Part shown: positions 8,867 to 19,932 of the stretch, piece after piece
Layout of the letters: every line of letters begins with the position of its first letter
Position numbering within the stretch: position 1 is the first letter of the stretch
Source: Fonticula alba ATCC 38817
Taxonomy: Eukaryota > Protista > Nucleariida
NCBI GenBank assembly: GCA_000388065.2
Contig: KB932204.1
Length of the DNA: 22,940 nt
Reading direction: 5' to 3' (one strand)
Made by a program: the position numbers and the translations under genes
The notes under the pieces: generated by a model
Told to the model about the DNA's origin: nothing
Database searches by the model: none
What the model saw: only the letters and a program-made list of their open reading frames with translations

Positions 8867-11800
8867 ATGAGCACCACACAGGGCCTCGGCTCGGTGCAGC
8901 TGCCCGACGATACGGCGGCCTACCTGCTGGCGGTGAAGATCATCGGCGACTTCGCCCGGACAGCTGGCCCGCTGCGGCTGGTGACCACCGGCTCCACGCG
9001 GCCCTCGGCCGAAGAGTGGTTCACCCAGTCGTGGCGTCCGTCGGACCCCGTGGCACAGGCCGACTCGCCGGGAGCCACGGTAGCCGCGGCGGCCGCCGCG
9101 TCTTCCGCCTCCTCGGTGGGCGAGCGCCAGCAGTTGGCCCTCGGCGCCGGCACGGTCCATGCCATCGAGCTGGCGGTGTCGCGCGCTTGTCGGGCCTCCT
9201 TCTCGGCGGCGGCCCGGCGGCACCTGGCCCGGCGGGCGTTGGAGACCGCCGAGCGCCTCTACTCGCCGGTGGCCTCCTCCCCCGGCGACCGGGGTCACCT
9301 GCTGCATGGGATTGCCCTGGCGCATATCAGCTCTCGCACGGCCCAGGTCCTGGCGGTCCTGGATGACGCGGTCACCGAAGCGGCCGCCAGCGAAGTGGGC
9401 ATCACGCCCGCCGGGCTCGGCACGACTGCCGGGCCCACCCCCAGCACGAAGGCCCCGCCCAATGACCCGGCCGATGGGCCGCAGGCCTGCCGCCTGTCGG
9501 CTGCCACGCCCGCCCTGCTGGACGGCGTGCTGGAAAGCGCGGCCAGCGTCTCGGACTTCACCATTCGCGCGCTGCTGGAGGAGGCCCTGCGCGAGGTGGA
9601 CCGGTCGCTGAATCTCGAGCCCCTCCCCCTTCGCGGGGACGATCAGGGCCCCGGCGGAGCCGGCCATCTATCAAGCACCCCCGGGTCGATGAGCAACTCG
9701 CCGAGTCGCTCGTCCCTCAGCTCCTTCTCACGCAGCGGCAGCTCCTCCACATTGATGATGGCCGCTGCCGGGTCGACCAAGATCATGAGCGCGGCCTCGT
9801 CCCTCGGAGGGTCCATGGGGCGCGCCGCGCGCGCGGCCATTGCCTCGCCCCTGAGGCCCATTCGTGCGGGGTTCTCCTCGCGCTCCGGGCCCGGCACCGA
9901 GTCGGCCCCCACGTCGCCCACCGAGGCGGCGGCCGCCGCCGCCTCGGACTTTGGGCCCGGGGCGCAGCTGAGCCACGACTTCGGCCTGATGGACCGCACG
10001 GCCGGGGAGTCGGCCTCGGCCGACGCGCGCGTTTGCCGGGTGGTGGCCCTCTTGAACAACTTGGCCGTCATCGTGGCCTCCACCTCCGGCCAGGCCGACT
10101 GGCTGACCACGGCCTCAGATCCGCGACGCTCCTCGCGCTGGGTCCGCCGGCTCCTCATGCTGCCGGTATCGACCGGCGACATGGGCGATGCGCCCGGCAG
10201 CGATGTCGCCCCGCACACGTCCGCCCCCCCGACGCCGGCCCCATCCACGGGCAGCATGTACTGCCCACCGGCGGCGGCCCTCGGCCTCTGGCAGCGTGCC
10301 CGTGCCATGGCCCGGTCCCAGGTGTCCAGTCCGGCCCTCTCGGCCTGGCTGACAGCCTCCCTGGACAATAACATGCAGTTCTTGTCCCAGCAGTCGCCCT
10401 ACCTTTGGGCCGGGGCAGCCGGCCGGGCGGACGCCCTGCCGGCCGGCCTGCGCGCGCGTCTCCTCCCCCTGGAGGGGTCCCCCGATCACTCGGCCCTGCG
10501 GGCGTGCTATCACCGGCTGCGACAGCTGGCGCGTGCCGCCCCGCGCGACCTTCTCGGCCCAGTGGCCGAGGAGGCCCTGCTCGGTGATGGGGCCCCCGCC
10601 GAGGGCCAATCCACATCCGGCTTCCGGTGGCTGGGGGCTCGCTTCAGTCGCCTGTGCCGGGCTCTGGGGACGTCCCCGACCACGGCCCTGTTTGTCGGCT
10701 GCGCGCCGGCCATCGATGTGAATGGCATCGGCCTGGGTCAGCTGCTGTGTCACTTTGAATTGGGCCTGGTGGCCTGTCTGCTGGGGGAGGATCTCCTCCT
10801 GGGCCTGGACCACCTGGCCGTGTGCCTCCTGCGGCTGGGGGACTTTGCGGCTGGGCTGCTGCATGCGCCGCCGACATTGCGCGATGCCCCGGCCCCGGTC
10901 GGGGCACATGCCGCCGCCGAGGCCGCCCTGCTGGGCGGTCATGCCGGGGCGTCCTTCCCCGGGGCCGGGACCGGGCGCCGGTGGCTGTCGGCCGTGCGCA
11001 TCCTCGGCCACCGGGCCTATGCCGCGGCGTCCGGCCTGGCGGCCACCGATGTCTCCTCGCAAAATTTCCAAACCCCCACCGGTCCGGGCTTGCATCCGGA
11101 ATTCGCCGGGCTTTGGACCGGACCCTGGGCCGTGGCCCGTCGTGTGCACCTTGCCCGGGCGGCGGTGCTGGCCGCGCCGGGGCTCTTTGCCCCGGAGCAG
11201 CAGCCCCCTTCGCCGGGGCCCCAGTCGGGCCACCACCCGCCGGCCGGCCAGCAGCTCTACCACCCCTCGGGGCCTGGGTCACGTTCTGGGGGGGGCTCCC
11301 TGCGCGATGAAATCCGCGCCCTCTTCGATGCAGATGCCCCCCTCAGCCCGCTGGCCCTGGCGGAGCTGCTTCATGATCTGGCCGTGTCCAGCTGGGGCCC
11401 CGACCTGGCCACCTGCTGGAGCCAACTCCACTCCGGCGGGTCCGATGGCAATCCCGCGCCCGGGGGAACTCCCGGCGCCGGCGGCGCGACCGCCTGGCTG
11501 GGGCCCCTCCTGGCCCGGGCTCGAGCCGCGCACATCCTCGCCCCGGCGGCCATGGTCTTTTTGGGGATCATTCCGGCCGCGTCCCTGGAGGCCGTATGGA
11601 CGCGGGCCGATTCCGGCTTGGCCACGGCTGGAGCCACGACGGCGGTGGCGAACCCCCGCGCGGCGGCGGCCGCCACGGGGCTCACCCTTCCCGGGGCCGG
11701 GTCTCGCGGCGGGCTGCCCGCTCGGGCTGGGGATTTGCCCGACGGCGGGGTGACCATGCTCGATGCCCTGCGTGCATCGGCCGCCGTGGCCCGGTCGCTT

Positions 11801-14800
11801 GCCGGGCCCGGCATGGCGCCCGGGGCCGGATCTCTCCTTCTGGGGCCCGGGTCCGGGCCCTTCGGCAAGCGGTCCAGCCGCGCGCAGCGGCCGCTGCCCA
11901 CCCAAGTCCAGGCGGCCCTGCTGCCCCTGTCGCATCTGCCCATGTGGTCATCGTCCATGATCATCGGCCGGAACAGCATCTCCGCGGCTGTGGCCGCCCC
12001 CGGCGTGCAAATTGCCCAACTCATGGCCGAGCAGCAGGGGCTCCTCTCGCCGGATGGCACGGCCCCTGGCACTTCCTCGGGTGCCGGGGCCGCATCCGGC
12101 CCCGGGTCCGGCCCCGGTGCCAGCAGCAGCAACCTCCTGTCCACGGTGGCTTCGGTCGCCGGGGCGGCGGCCATGAGCGCCGCCAGCCAGGCAGCCTCCT
12201 ATGTTTTGGCCCAGGCCACCGGAGTGGTGTACGATGCGGACATCGCCGCGGCCAGCAGCACGGTGTACATTGACCCGGAATTGAGCAAGTTCTGCACACT
12301 GCTGCCGGCGCATCGGGCACAGGCGGCGTTGCCGCCGCCGCGCGGCCCGGCCGCCGGAGCCGAGCCCCTGGCATCGATCGATGTCAGCCCGGCCTCTCGG
12401 CGGGCGGCTGCCCCCGGCGGGGGCCCGGGCTCCGGGCCGATGTCCCCCGCGCCCTCGTCGGCCGTCGGGGCCCTGCTCTCCCCCGGGGCGGCGCGCATCT
12501 TCCAAAGTGATGAGGATCTCCAATTTCTATGGGCCCCGGATGCCGAGGTCCCCGGGCCGGGTGGCCTCCCGGATGGGGACCATGCCGCCGCCATGGTGGA
12601 CATGGAGGTCCCCCTCGACGCGGCCATGGTGGCCGGGCTCTTCGAGCAGGTGGTCGAGCGGGCACTGACCGCGCGGCCCATCCTGTCCAGCGGGCTGGCC
12701 GTCGATGGGTATCGCATTCGCTTTGCCGAGGACGCGGAAGTCCGGGCGCCGGGGTATGCCCTGGCCGAGGCGGCCGTGGCCCTGACGCGGGAGACCCTGT
12801 GCGCGCGTGCCGGCACATCGGGCGACATGCTCTCCCCGGGCGGCTCGGCCGGGGTGGACGTCACGCCGGCCCTCTCCTCGGTGGATTTGGCCCGGCTGGG
12901 CGTGTCACTGGCCGACATCCCGGAGATCTTCTTCGCCGAGGACTTCGACCTGACCGACCCCGACACCTTCAACCAGATCCTCACCCTGCTCGGGGTTGAC
13001 GACCTGTGGGAGCCGGTGGATGCCGATGCCCCGGCCTCCGGGCCGCTGTCCGGGCGCTTCGCCACCCCGGCCCCCAGCAACTCCACCCTCTCGGCCTATG
13101 TGGCCCGGACGCCGCGTGCATTGGATTCATGCACCCTGGAGGATATGACCCTGCCGGTGGGGCTGGGCCTGTTGCATGGGCGCCTTCGTGGCCATTTGCG
13201 CACGGTGGATGCCATGCTGACGGTGGCCCTGTGCCGGCATGAGGGCGCCCTCAGCCATGCGGCCTTCCACCCGGAGGGGCATCTGGCCAGCGTGCAAGTG
13301 GAGCTGGAGGCGGCCACCGGGGCCCTGACTCGTGCGCAGCGGCAGCTGGCCCAGGCCCGGTCGGTGACCATCACCGCGCCGGAGCAGACGCTGGCCCTGG
13401 CCGCCCGGCGGTCGGTCTCGGCACAAACCCTGCGCCTGGCCCATGCGGCGGGCTTCCTCCGTGCCCTGGCCGCCTTCGCGCGGGGCGCCCTGGCGGATGG
13501 GGCCTTCGAGCTGGCTCGCCTGGCTCTGTCCTACGCCGACCAAGTCCTGCGCACCAGCAATGTCTTCATCCCCGGCCAGGAGAAGGTGCTCTTCCTGCTG
13601 CTGGAGTCGCTGGCTGCCAGTGCCACCCCCGGCGCCGGCAGCATCTCTCCCACCGCCAGTCTCGTGCCTTTGGCCGATCCGAAATTGACCGGACGCCTGC
13701 GCGAGCTGACCGCCTTCGCCGACGACGACTTGAACCTTTCGGCCGTGGCTCCCCGAGCCTCGACCAGCGGCTCGCCGGCCACTCGCCACCCTCAACCACT
13801 CACCCGGTCCCAGATGGCCGAGCTCTTCCCGGAGCTGGCCTGCGTCCGAGACATCACCGCGGACCTGGGCGAGCGTGTACGTCCTCCCCCCCCCCCCCTT
13901 CCCCGCCCGCCCGCCCGACGGTCCCATTCCCCCTTGCGCGCTGTCCCCTTTGGCCCTCTTCGCATGTCACTTACCGGGGAATTGGCCTTCCACCAAGCGC
14001 GAGGAACTTGAGGCGGCTCTCGGCCAGCAGCTCCGCAGTTACATCTGCAGCTTGGTGCTTGAGACCGACGCCTCCCTGCCCGGGTCGGTGGACCTCTTGC
14101 AGCAGGAGCGCTTCGCCCCGCCGACGGACAGCTCGGCTCGCCTGGGCGCCGAGCTGCGCTTCACCAGCCGCTGTCCACTGCATGTGACCGAACTCTTCGA
14201 GACGGCCGCGCACCAGGACCGCGAGCGGGGCGTCTTCTCGCAGCAGCTGACCGACCGCAGCATCGCGGCCGGCAGTGTCGGCGTCATTGCCGACTGCTTG
14301 GTTTCCTTCTCCAAGCTCTTCCGCCGGTCGCTCACGGCCGACGCGCGGCAGATCATCGCCCGGCACTTGACGCGCATCAGCCAGGAGGATGCCCTGGAGC
14401 AAAGCCCCCCCCTCGGAGCCGGACCCGGAGCCGGGGCCCATGGCGGGGGGGTGGCCGACCCGGCGGACGCCGCGCTGGAGGCCGGCTTCTCGGCCACCAT
14501 GGCCGATCGGCTGAAGGACGCCACGGATGCCACCTTTCTGGACATCCTGGCCGAGACCCTTGGCCGGCTTGCGGCCGCCGTGGAGCGCATGTTCCTCGGG
14601 CACCTGTTCTTCGTGCGTGCGGCCGCCCTGCACCTTGGCTACGACGAGGCCCGGGTAGACCGTCCTCTGCATTTGCGTGAGAGCCTGCTGGCCGAGGGGG
14701 GGACCCCCGGCTCGGAGCCGGCCCCGGTGGCCTGGTCACCGGCATCCACGGCACAGGCCCTCCTCCGGCAGGCGCCCGGTTTGACGGCCGACCCGCTGAC

Positions 14801-17038
14801 CAACAGCTGGGTCGACCGGTCCCTGAGCCTGACCCTGGGGGCTCTCGATGCGGCGGTGTCGCGGGCGCTGCAGCTTCTGCAGCTCCGCCAGGCGGCCCTT
14901 CAGCGCCGGGCAGTTTCCTCCCTCGGGGACTTCTTCCGGCAGCACCGACTGGTGGCCAACTTTTGCGACCGACTTTTGTGGCTGTCATCGGCCCCGGGCG
15001 ATGTCACGGCCGATGGGCCGGCCCCGTCCGGCACGCTGGTCCCGGCCCCGGCGGCCTTGGTGTCCACCAACCGCCTGCGTGCGGCCCTCAGTGCCCATGA
15101 GCGCCTGCACTTTCAGAATATCCATCAAACCCGGCGGGCGGCCATCGAGGGGCTGGTGTCGACCGAGCGCTGGGCCGTTTGTGATGTGCCGCGCGAATTC
15201 CAGGCCCTGGTGGATCAGATCACCGCGCGCCCTGGGCGCGGGCTCTTTGCCCAGCTGCCGGGCTTGAGCGAGGGCCAGCCCGCGACGGAGGTGGCCGTGG
15301 CGGCCACGCCTGCCCCGGCGTCCGGCGGCTCGGCCGACGGCCCGCCGGCCGATGACGATCCGGAGATGTCCTTCGACTCGCTGTCGGCCTCGCACTCGAC
15401 CGGGCAGTCGCCGAGTGTGCCGCTGTCCATCCAGTCCTCGGGCGAGACGTTCTATGCGGTGCCGGCCTTGCTCATGACCATTCGCTATTTGCACGAGTAT
15501 CTGCAGACCTTCTATGTGTATGTGGGCACGCATGATGTGTTGTTTTTTTCCCCTCTTTTCCTGGCTTTCCTCTGCCTTCTCCCTTTTCTTGCTCTCTGCT
15601 CCCTTTCCCCTGCCTTCTCCCCTTTCTTGCTCTCTGCTCCCTTTTCTTGCTCTTGATCCCCCCCCCCCGCTATACCACTGCCAAAGCCAGCCGCCCGTCG
15701 ACTGACACCCCCGCTCCTTTCCAGCATCGAGACCGGCCTCCTTGAGACCACATCGCGTGCGGCCAACCTCATCAGCACTTTTGACCAGGCCGCCTCCCAG
15801 GCAGTCCTCAACTCCGGAGCCATGAAGTCCGCCGGGCTGCAAAAAATCACCATCAACGAACTGGGTGCGTGGCGCCTGCCACGGCCCCATGGCCTTCCCC
15901 ACCTCCTGCCCACACTGGCCCGCCCTTTTCTCGGCCTTCGGGACATTCCCCTCATGCCTTCATGTACTCCCCTCCCCCCCCGCCCATGCCCCCTGCCCCC
16001 CTCTGCCCCCCCCCCCCCTCCCCCCCGCCGCCGCCGCCGCCGCTTGGAATCCCGTGCAAAACACCGCCCCCGCCCCCCTCCACACGCCATCCAGCCCTCT
16101 CGCACAATGCCATCTCCATCCTGGTGTGCCTGTGTACAGCCATCCAGGAGCATCTGCTCTTCCTGTTGACCAACCCGATTCGCGGCCCGACGTCGCAGGG
16201 CGCCGGGGCCGGCGACCGCCGGCGGGACAACCTGGCCGAGGCCCTGGCAGCGCAATTTGAGCCGGTGCATCGGAAGCTTCGCCAACACCGCGCCAACCTC
16301 GAGGAGAAGATGGTCTCGGTGCTGGATGTTCGCGCACAGCTGCACTTCCGCAACCTCCGCATGGAATTGGTATCTGGCCCGGGAGCCCGCCGGGCCGACG
16401 CCGCGCGCGGCCCCTCCGAGCATGCCAAGCGCCTGGTCAAGGAGCTGACCACCCTCCGGCGCGTGCTCATCCGGTACATCCGCCAGCCGTCCCTCCTGGC
16501 CAAACTCCTGGAAATGGCCGGGCAATCGATCGCCGCGCGCTTCCACACGGAGCTGCTTGCCCTGCTGACGGCTGATGCCACGCAGCAGGGCGGCGCCGTG
16601 GGGTCCCCGATGCCAGGGGCCCCCCTCGGGGGCGGGTCCGGTGCCTCCGGGCCCGGGGCCGGCCCCGGCGGTGTGGCTGCCCTTACGGCCTCGCAGCTGG
16701 CCCTCCTCCGGCAGGATGCCTCGCTGAATGCCCTCACCACCGACGCGGAGTACATTCAGACCTGCTTCTCGCGCTTCGGCATCTTGGCCGTGTTGGCGGA
16801 GACACTGCCCTCCTCCCCACGACCTGGCCGGGGCGGCGGCCCGGGCGACTCGCCGGCCGTGCGTGCCCCGCCCTCGGTGCCGCCCTCCGCCCCGCCGTCC
16901 CTGCCCTCCTCGACCGTGGCATCGCCCTTCCTGGGCCCGGGGGTCGCCGGGGCCGGGCCACAAGCCTCGCCCAGCACCTCGCGCCTGCGCGACGCCGGGG
17001 CGTTCCTCTTCAGCATGGCCATGGGGAAGCGCCAGTAA
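8867..17038 (+). CDS. VPS54: Vacuolar protein sorting 54-like protein (GARP complex subunit) with long N-terminal extension, ~2537 aa; join(8867..13876,13998..15517,15725..15864,16095..17038)
   Basis: Vps54-type motifs: LADIPEIFFAEDFDLTDPDTF (~12908-12970) followed by a coiled-coil-like segment, ERWAVCDVPREFQALVDQI (~15165-15221), FYAVPALLMTIRYLHEY, and the Vps54 C-terminal domain signature LISTFDQAASQAVLNSGAMKSAGLQKITINELALSHNAISILVCL...RQHRANLEEKMVSVL...SEHAKRLVKELTTLRRVL. Three introns (121, 207, 230 bp; donors GTACGT, GTATGT, GTGCGT) join the ORF frames in phase: 7614 nt = 2538 codons. The first acceptor could be AAG at 13997 or GAG at 14003 (same phase). Confidence 0.85.
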
Positions 17039-17224
17039 GTGCCCTGGCATCCTCCAGCTGTCCCCCCCCCCCCCCCCCCTCTTGCCCAATAGACTCTTGC
17101 CAGCCGCTGCCTTTGGAGATCATGCATTTCCGGGTGCGTGTGTGTGTGTGTATGACCCGTCCGGGGTGGGGTGGGGGGGGGGCATGCCACTCGGCGGAGG
17201 TATGCCCACATGTCGGGCGCCGCA

Positions 17225-18482
17225 TCACATCTTCGACCACTCGGCCGCCGGGGGCGGAGCACTGGCGGGAGGGTCTGCCGAGAAATTGGTCGCGTACGGC
17301 ACGTAGGCCGGGGGCTGATGCGCCGCCGAGGCATGGTAGTCAGGTGGCGGGGGGAGATCCGCGCTTGAACTCGGGACCGGGGGCTGCGGCATGGCCACCG
17401 ACGGCTCGCCCGGGGGAGGGAACACCGGGGCAGCCGCTCCCGTGGTCGGATCGACCATGCCGGGTCCTCCACCGGCATTGCCACCGGCGGCCGCAGCATC
17501 AGGTCCCACAGCCGGCGGAGTGAAGACAAAGCCCTCCGGCGCAGGGGGGAAGGTTTCCGGCAGCGGCGGGGGCAGGATGTCCGCCGGCATGGCAGCCATG
17601 TTCAGGATCTTGGCCCCATACAGGTAGCGGCGGTGCTTGACCCGGTATACCATGTAATTGGCGATCAGGGCCACAAGGGCGATGGATGGCGCAAGGCCCA
17701 TGCCGAGGTACAGGAAGAGGCTCACCAGGACGCCCTTCCGGTCATAGACAACCCGAGCCGCGTGGTACTCCGGGGCCGAGGACGTGTGGAAGAGGATGGC
17801 CGTGTGGCTAGTCGTGCCGGCCAGCGAGTAATATTGACCGGTGGACCGGTGGGCAGGGCTCAGCCGGTAGGCCGGCTGGCGGGAGCTCAACTGGATTTGG
17901 GACAGCCCGCTGCCGCAACCGCTGATATTGTCATTGTAAAGGATGAAGAAGAAAGTATCACCCTGGCCAACGGTCATGGAGCCAGTGACAACGGTGTCGG
18001 CGTTGAAGGACCCGCTATTGATTTGGGGCACGACATCGCCATATTCCCAATCGCTGAAGTTCTGGGTTCCCTGGATGACGAGGAAGGACATCCGGCACCC
18101 GTACGGCACGGTCCCCGAAGCGATGAAAGTCACCTCACTCTTGGCCGGCAGGAACATCTCGATGGCGCGGTAGTGGTCCGCGAGGGGGCCGTCAAACTGG
18201 GCGACCAAGTCACCGGTGATGGTGCTGTGTCGCTGGAGGCTCGCCCCATTGGGGACGATGTACATGTCGGTGTCCGACATGACGGACGGAGTGAACCCCT
18301 CGAAGAAGAAGGGGTCCACCAGGATCCGGTGCACGGTGTCGGGCGGCAAGGACCGGTTCTTGGTCTTATACAGCGGGATCATGGACACGCAGATGATCAT
18401 CCCCACCAGGGCCACCACGGCCCCCCACCAGAAGGCCAGCGAGCAGATGGTGAAATAGCGCTTCTGGTAGTTCGGACGCAGG
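17225..18482 (-). CDS. 3' exon of a two-TM membrane protein resembling the APD1-4 family luminal domains (DUF4792/DUF4793-like), with a Pro-rich PPxY tail and no RING; 5' end not in this exon
   Basis: Stop-free, GC3-biased frame from acceptor CATAG| (exon starts 18482, phase 2; branch CTGACTGAC at 18508-18516) to TGA at 17225. TM1: FTICSLAFWWGAVVALVGMIICVSMIPLY. Luminal region: LPPDTVHRILVDPFFFEGF, YRAIEMFLPAKSEVTF, FLVIQGTQNFSDWEYG, FFFILYNDN, QIQLSSRQPAY. TM2: GVLVSLFLYLGMGLAPSIALVALIANYMVY. The coding call is strong; the family call is from motif resemblance only. Confidence 0.8.
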
Positions 18483-18637
18483 CTATGCGGAAGGGAGCGA
18501 GAGGGGTGTCAGTCAGCAGGCGGGGTTTGGGGGTTTGCTCGCCCCTCGGTCCGGACTCCTATTGCTTCATGGGGCATGATGGCTGGATTGGAGCTGGGCA
18601 GGCAGATGAGGGGAGGGAGGGGGGAGAGGGAGGGGGG

Positions 18638-19502
18638 NNNNNNNNNNNNNNNNNNNNNNNNNNNNNNNNNNNNNNNNNNNNNNNNNNNNNNNNNNNNNNN
18701 NNNNNNNNNNNNNNNNNNNNNNNNNNNNNNNNNNNNNNNNNNNNNNNNNNNNNNNNNNNNNNNNNNNNNNNNNNNNNNNNNNNNNNNNNNNNNNNNNNNN
18801 NNNNNNNNNNNNNNNNNNNNNNNNNNNNNNNNNNNNNNNNNNNNNNNNNNNNNNNNNNNNNNNNNNNNNNNNNNNNNNNNNNNNNNNNNNNNNNNNNNNN
18901 NNNNNNNNNNNNNNNNNNNNNNNNNNNNNNNNNNNNNNNNNNNNNNNNNNNNNNNNNNNNNNNNNNNNNNNNNNNNNNNNNNNNNNNNNNNNNNNNNNNN
19001 NNNNNNNNNNNNNNNNNNNNNNNNNNNNNNNNNNNNNNNNNNNNNNNNNNNNNNNNNNNNNNNNNNNNNNNNNNNNNNNNNNNNNNNNNNNNNNNNNNNN
19101 NNNNNNNNNNNNNNNNNNNNNNNNNNNNNNNNNNNNNNNNNNNNNNNNNNNNNNNNNNNNNNNNNNNNNNNNNNNNNNNNNNNNNNNNNNNNNNNNNNNN
19201 NNNNNNNNNNNNNNNNNNNNNNNNNNNNNNNNNNNNNNNNNNNNNNNNNNNNNNNNNNNNNNNNNNNNNNNNNNNNNNNNNNNNNNNNNNNNNNNNNNNN
19301 NNNNNNNNNNNNNNNNNNNNNNNNNNNNNNNNNNNNNNNNNNNNNNNNNNNNNNNNNNNNNNNNNNNNNNNNNNNNNNNNNNNNNNNNNNNNNNNNNNNN
19401 NNNNNNNNNNNNNNNNNNNNNNNNNNNNNNNNNNNNNNNNNNNNNNNNNNNNNNNNNNNNNNNNNNNNNNNNNNNNNNNNNNNNNNNNNNNNNNNNNNNN
19501 NN
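18638..19502. other. Assembly gap (865 N)
   Basis: Run of N, flanked by a G-rich tract on the left and a poly-C run on the right. Confidence 0.99.
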
Positions 19503-19874
19503 CCCCCCCCCCCCCCTCTGGCCAGGGAACACATTGGGGGGCCGAATCCGGAAGGCGCACTCGCGGTCTGGTCCTCTCGGCATGCCTCCCCGCCCGGATT
19601 GCGGCGTGTCCAGCGCCTGGTGGGTCTTTGGCCAGCCGGCCGGAGACCGATGGGCGGTGGTCCCTCGGGCAGGCAGCCGGCGGGTATCCTGCCTGCCCCC
19701 GCCCCCTCGGGCCGCTCCGTTGGAGGTCCCCTGGCAAGCCGGGCCCCGCGGTGGCGGTTTCGAGCTCGGCCCGTCTCCGGCGAGTGTCTCTCTGGTCAGG
19801 GGGGGGGGGGTGGTTGCCCGAAATGGGGGTGTTCCATCAGCCCCAGCATTCCTCCGTGGTAGGGGCCGAGGAGG

Positions 19875-19932
19875 GGCGAGCACCGTGGCAGCCCCGCAGA
19901 CGAGGCGAGCACCGTGGCAGCCCCGCAGACGA
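19875..19932. repeat. Perfect 29-bp tandem duplication
   Basis: ggcgagcaccgtggcagccccgcagacga occurs twice head-to-tail (19875-19903, 19904-19932). Confidence 0.92.

Noticed and set aside
8717-17089. Numerous minus-strand and alternative-frame ORFs inside the Vps54-like gene
   Set aside because: Shadow ORFs of a high-GC3 coding strand with no independent domain evidence.
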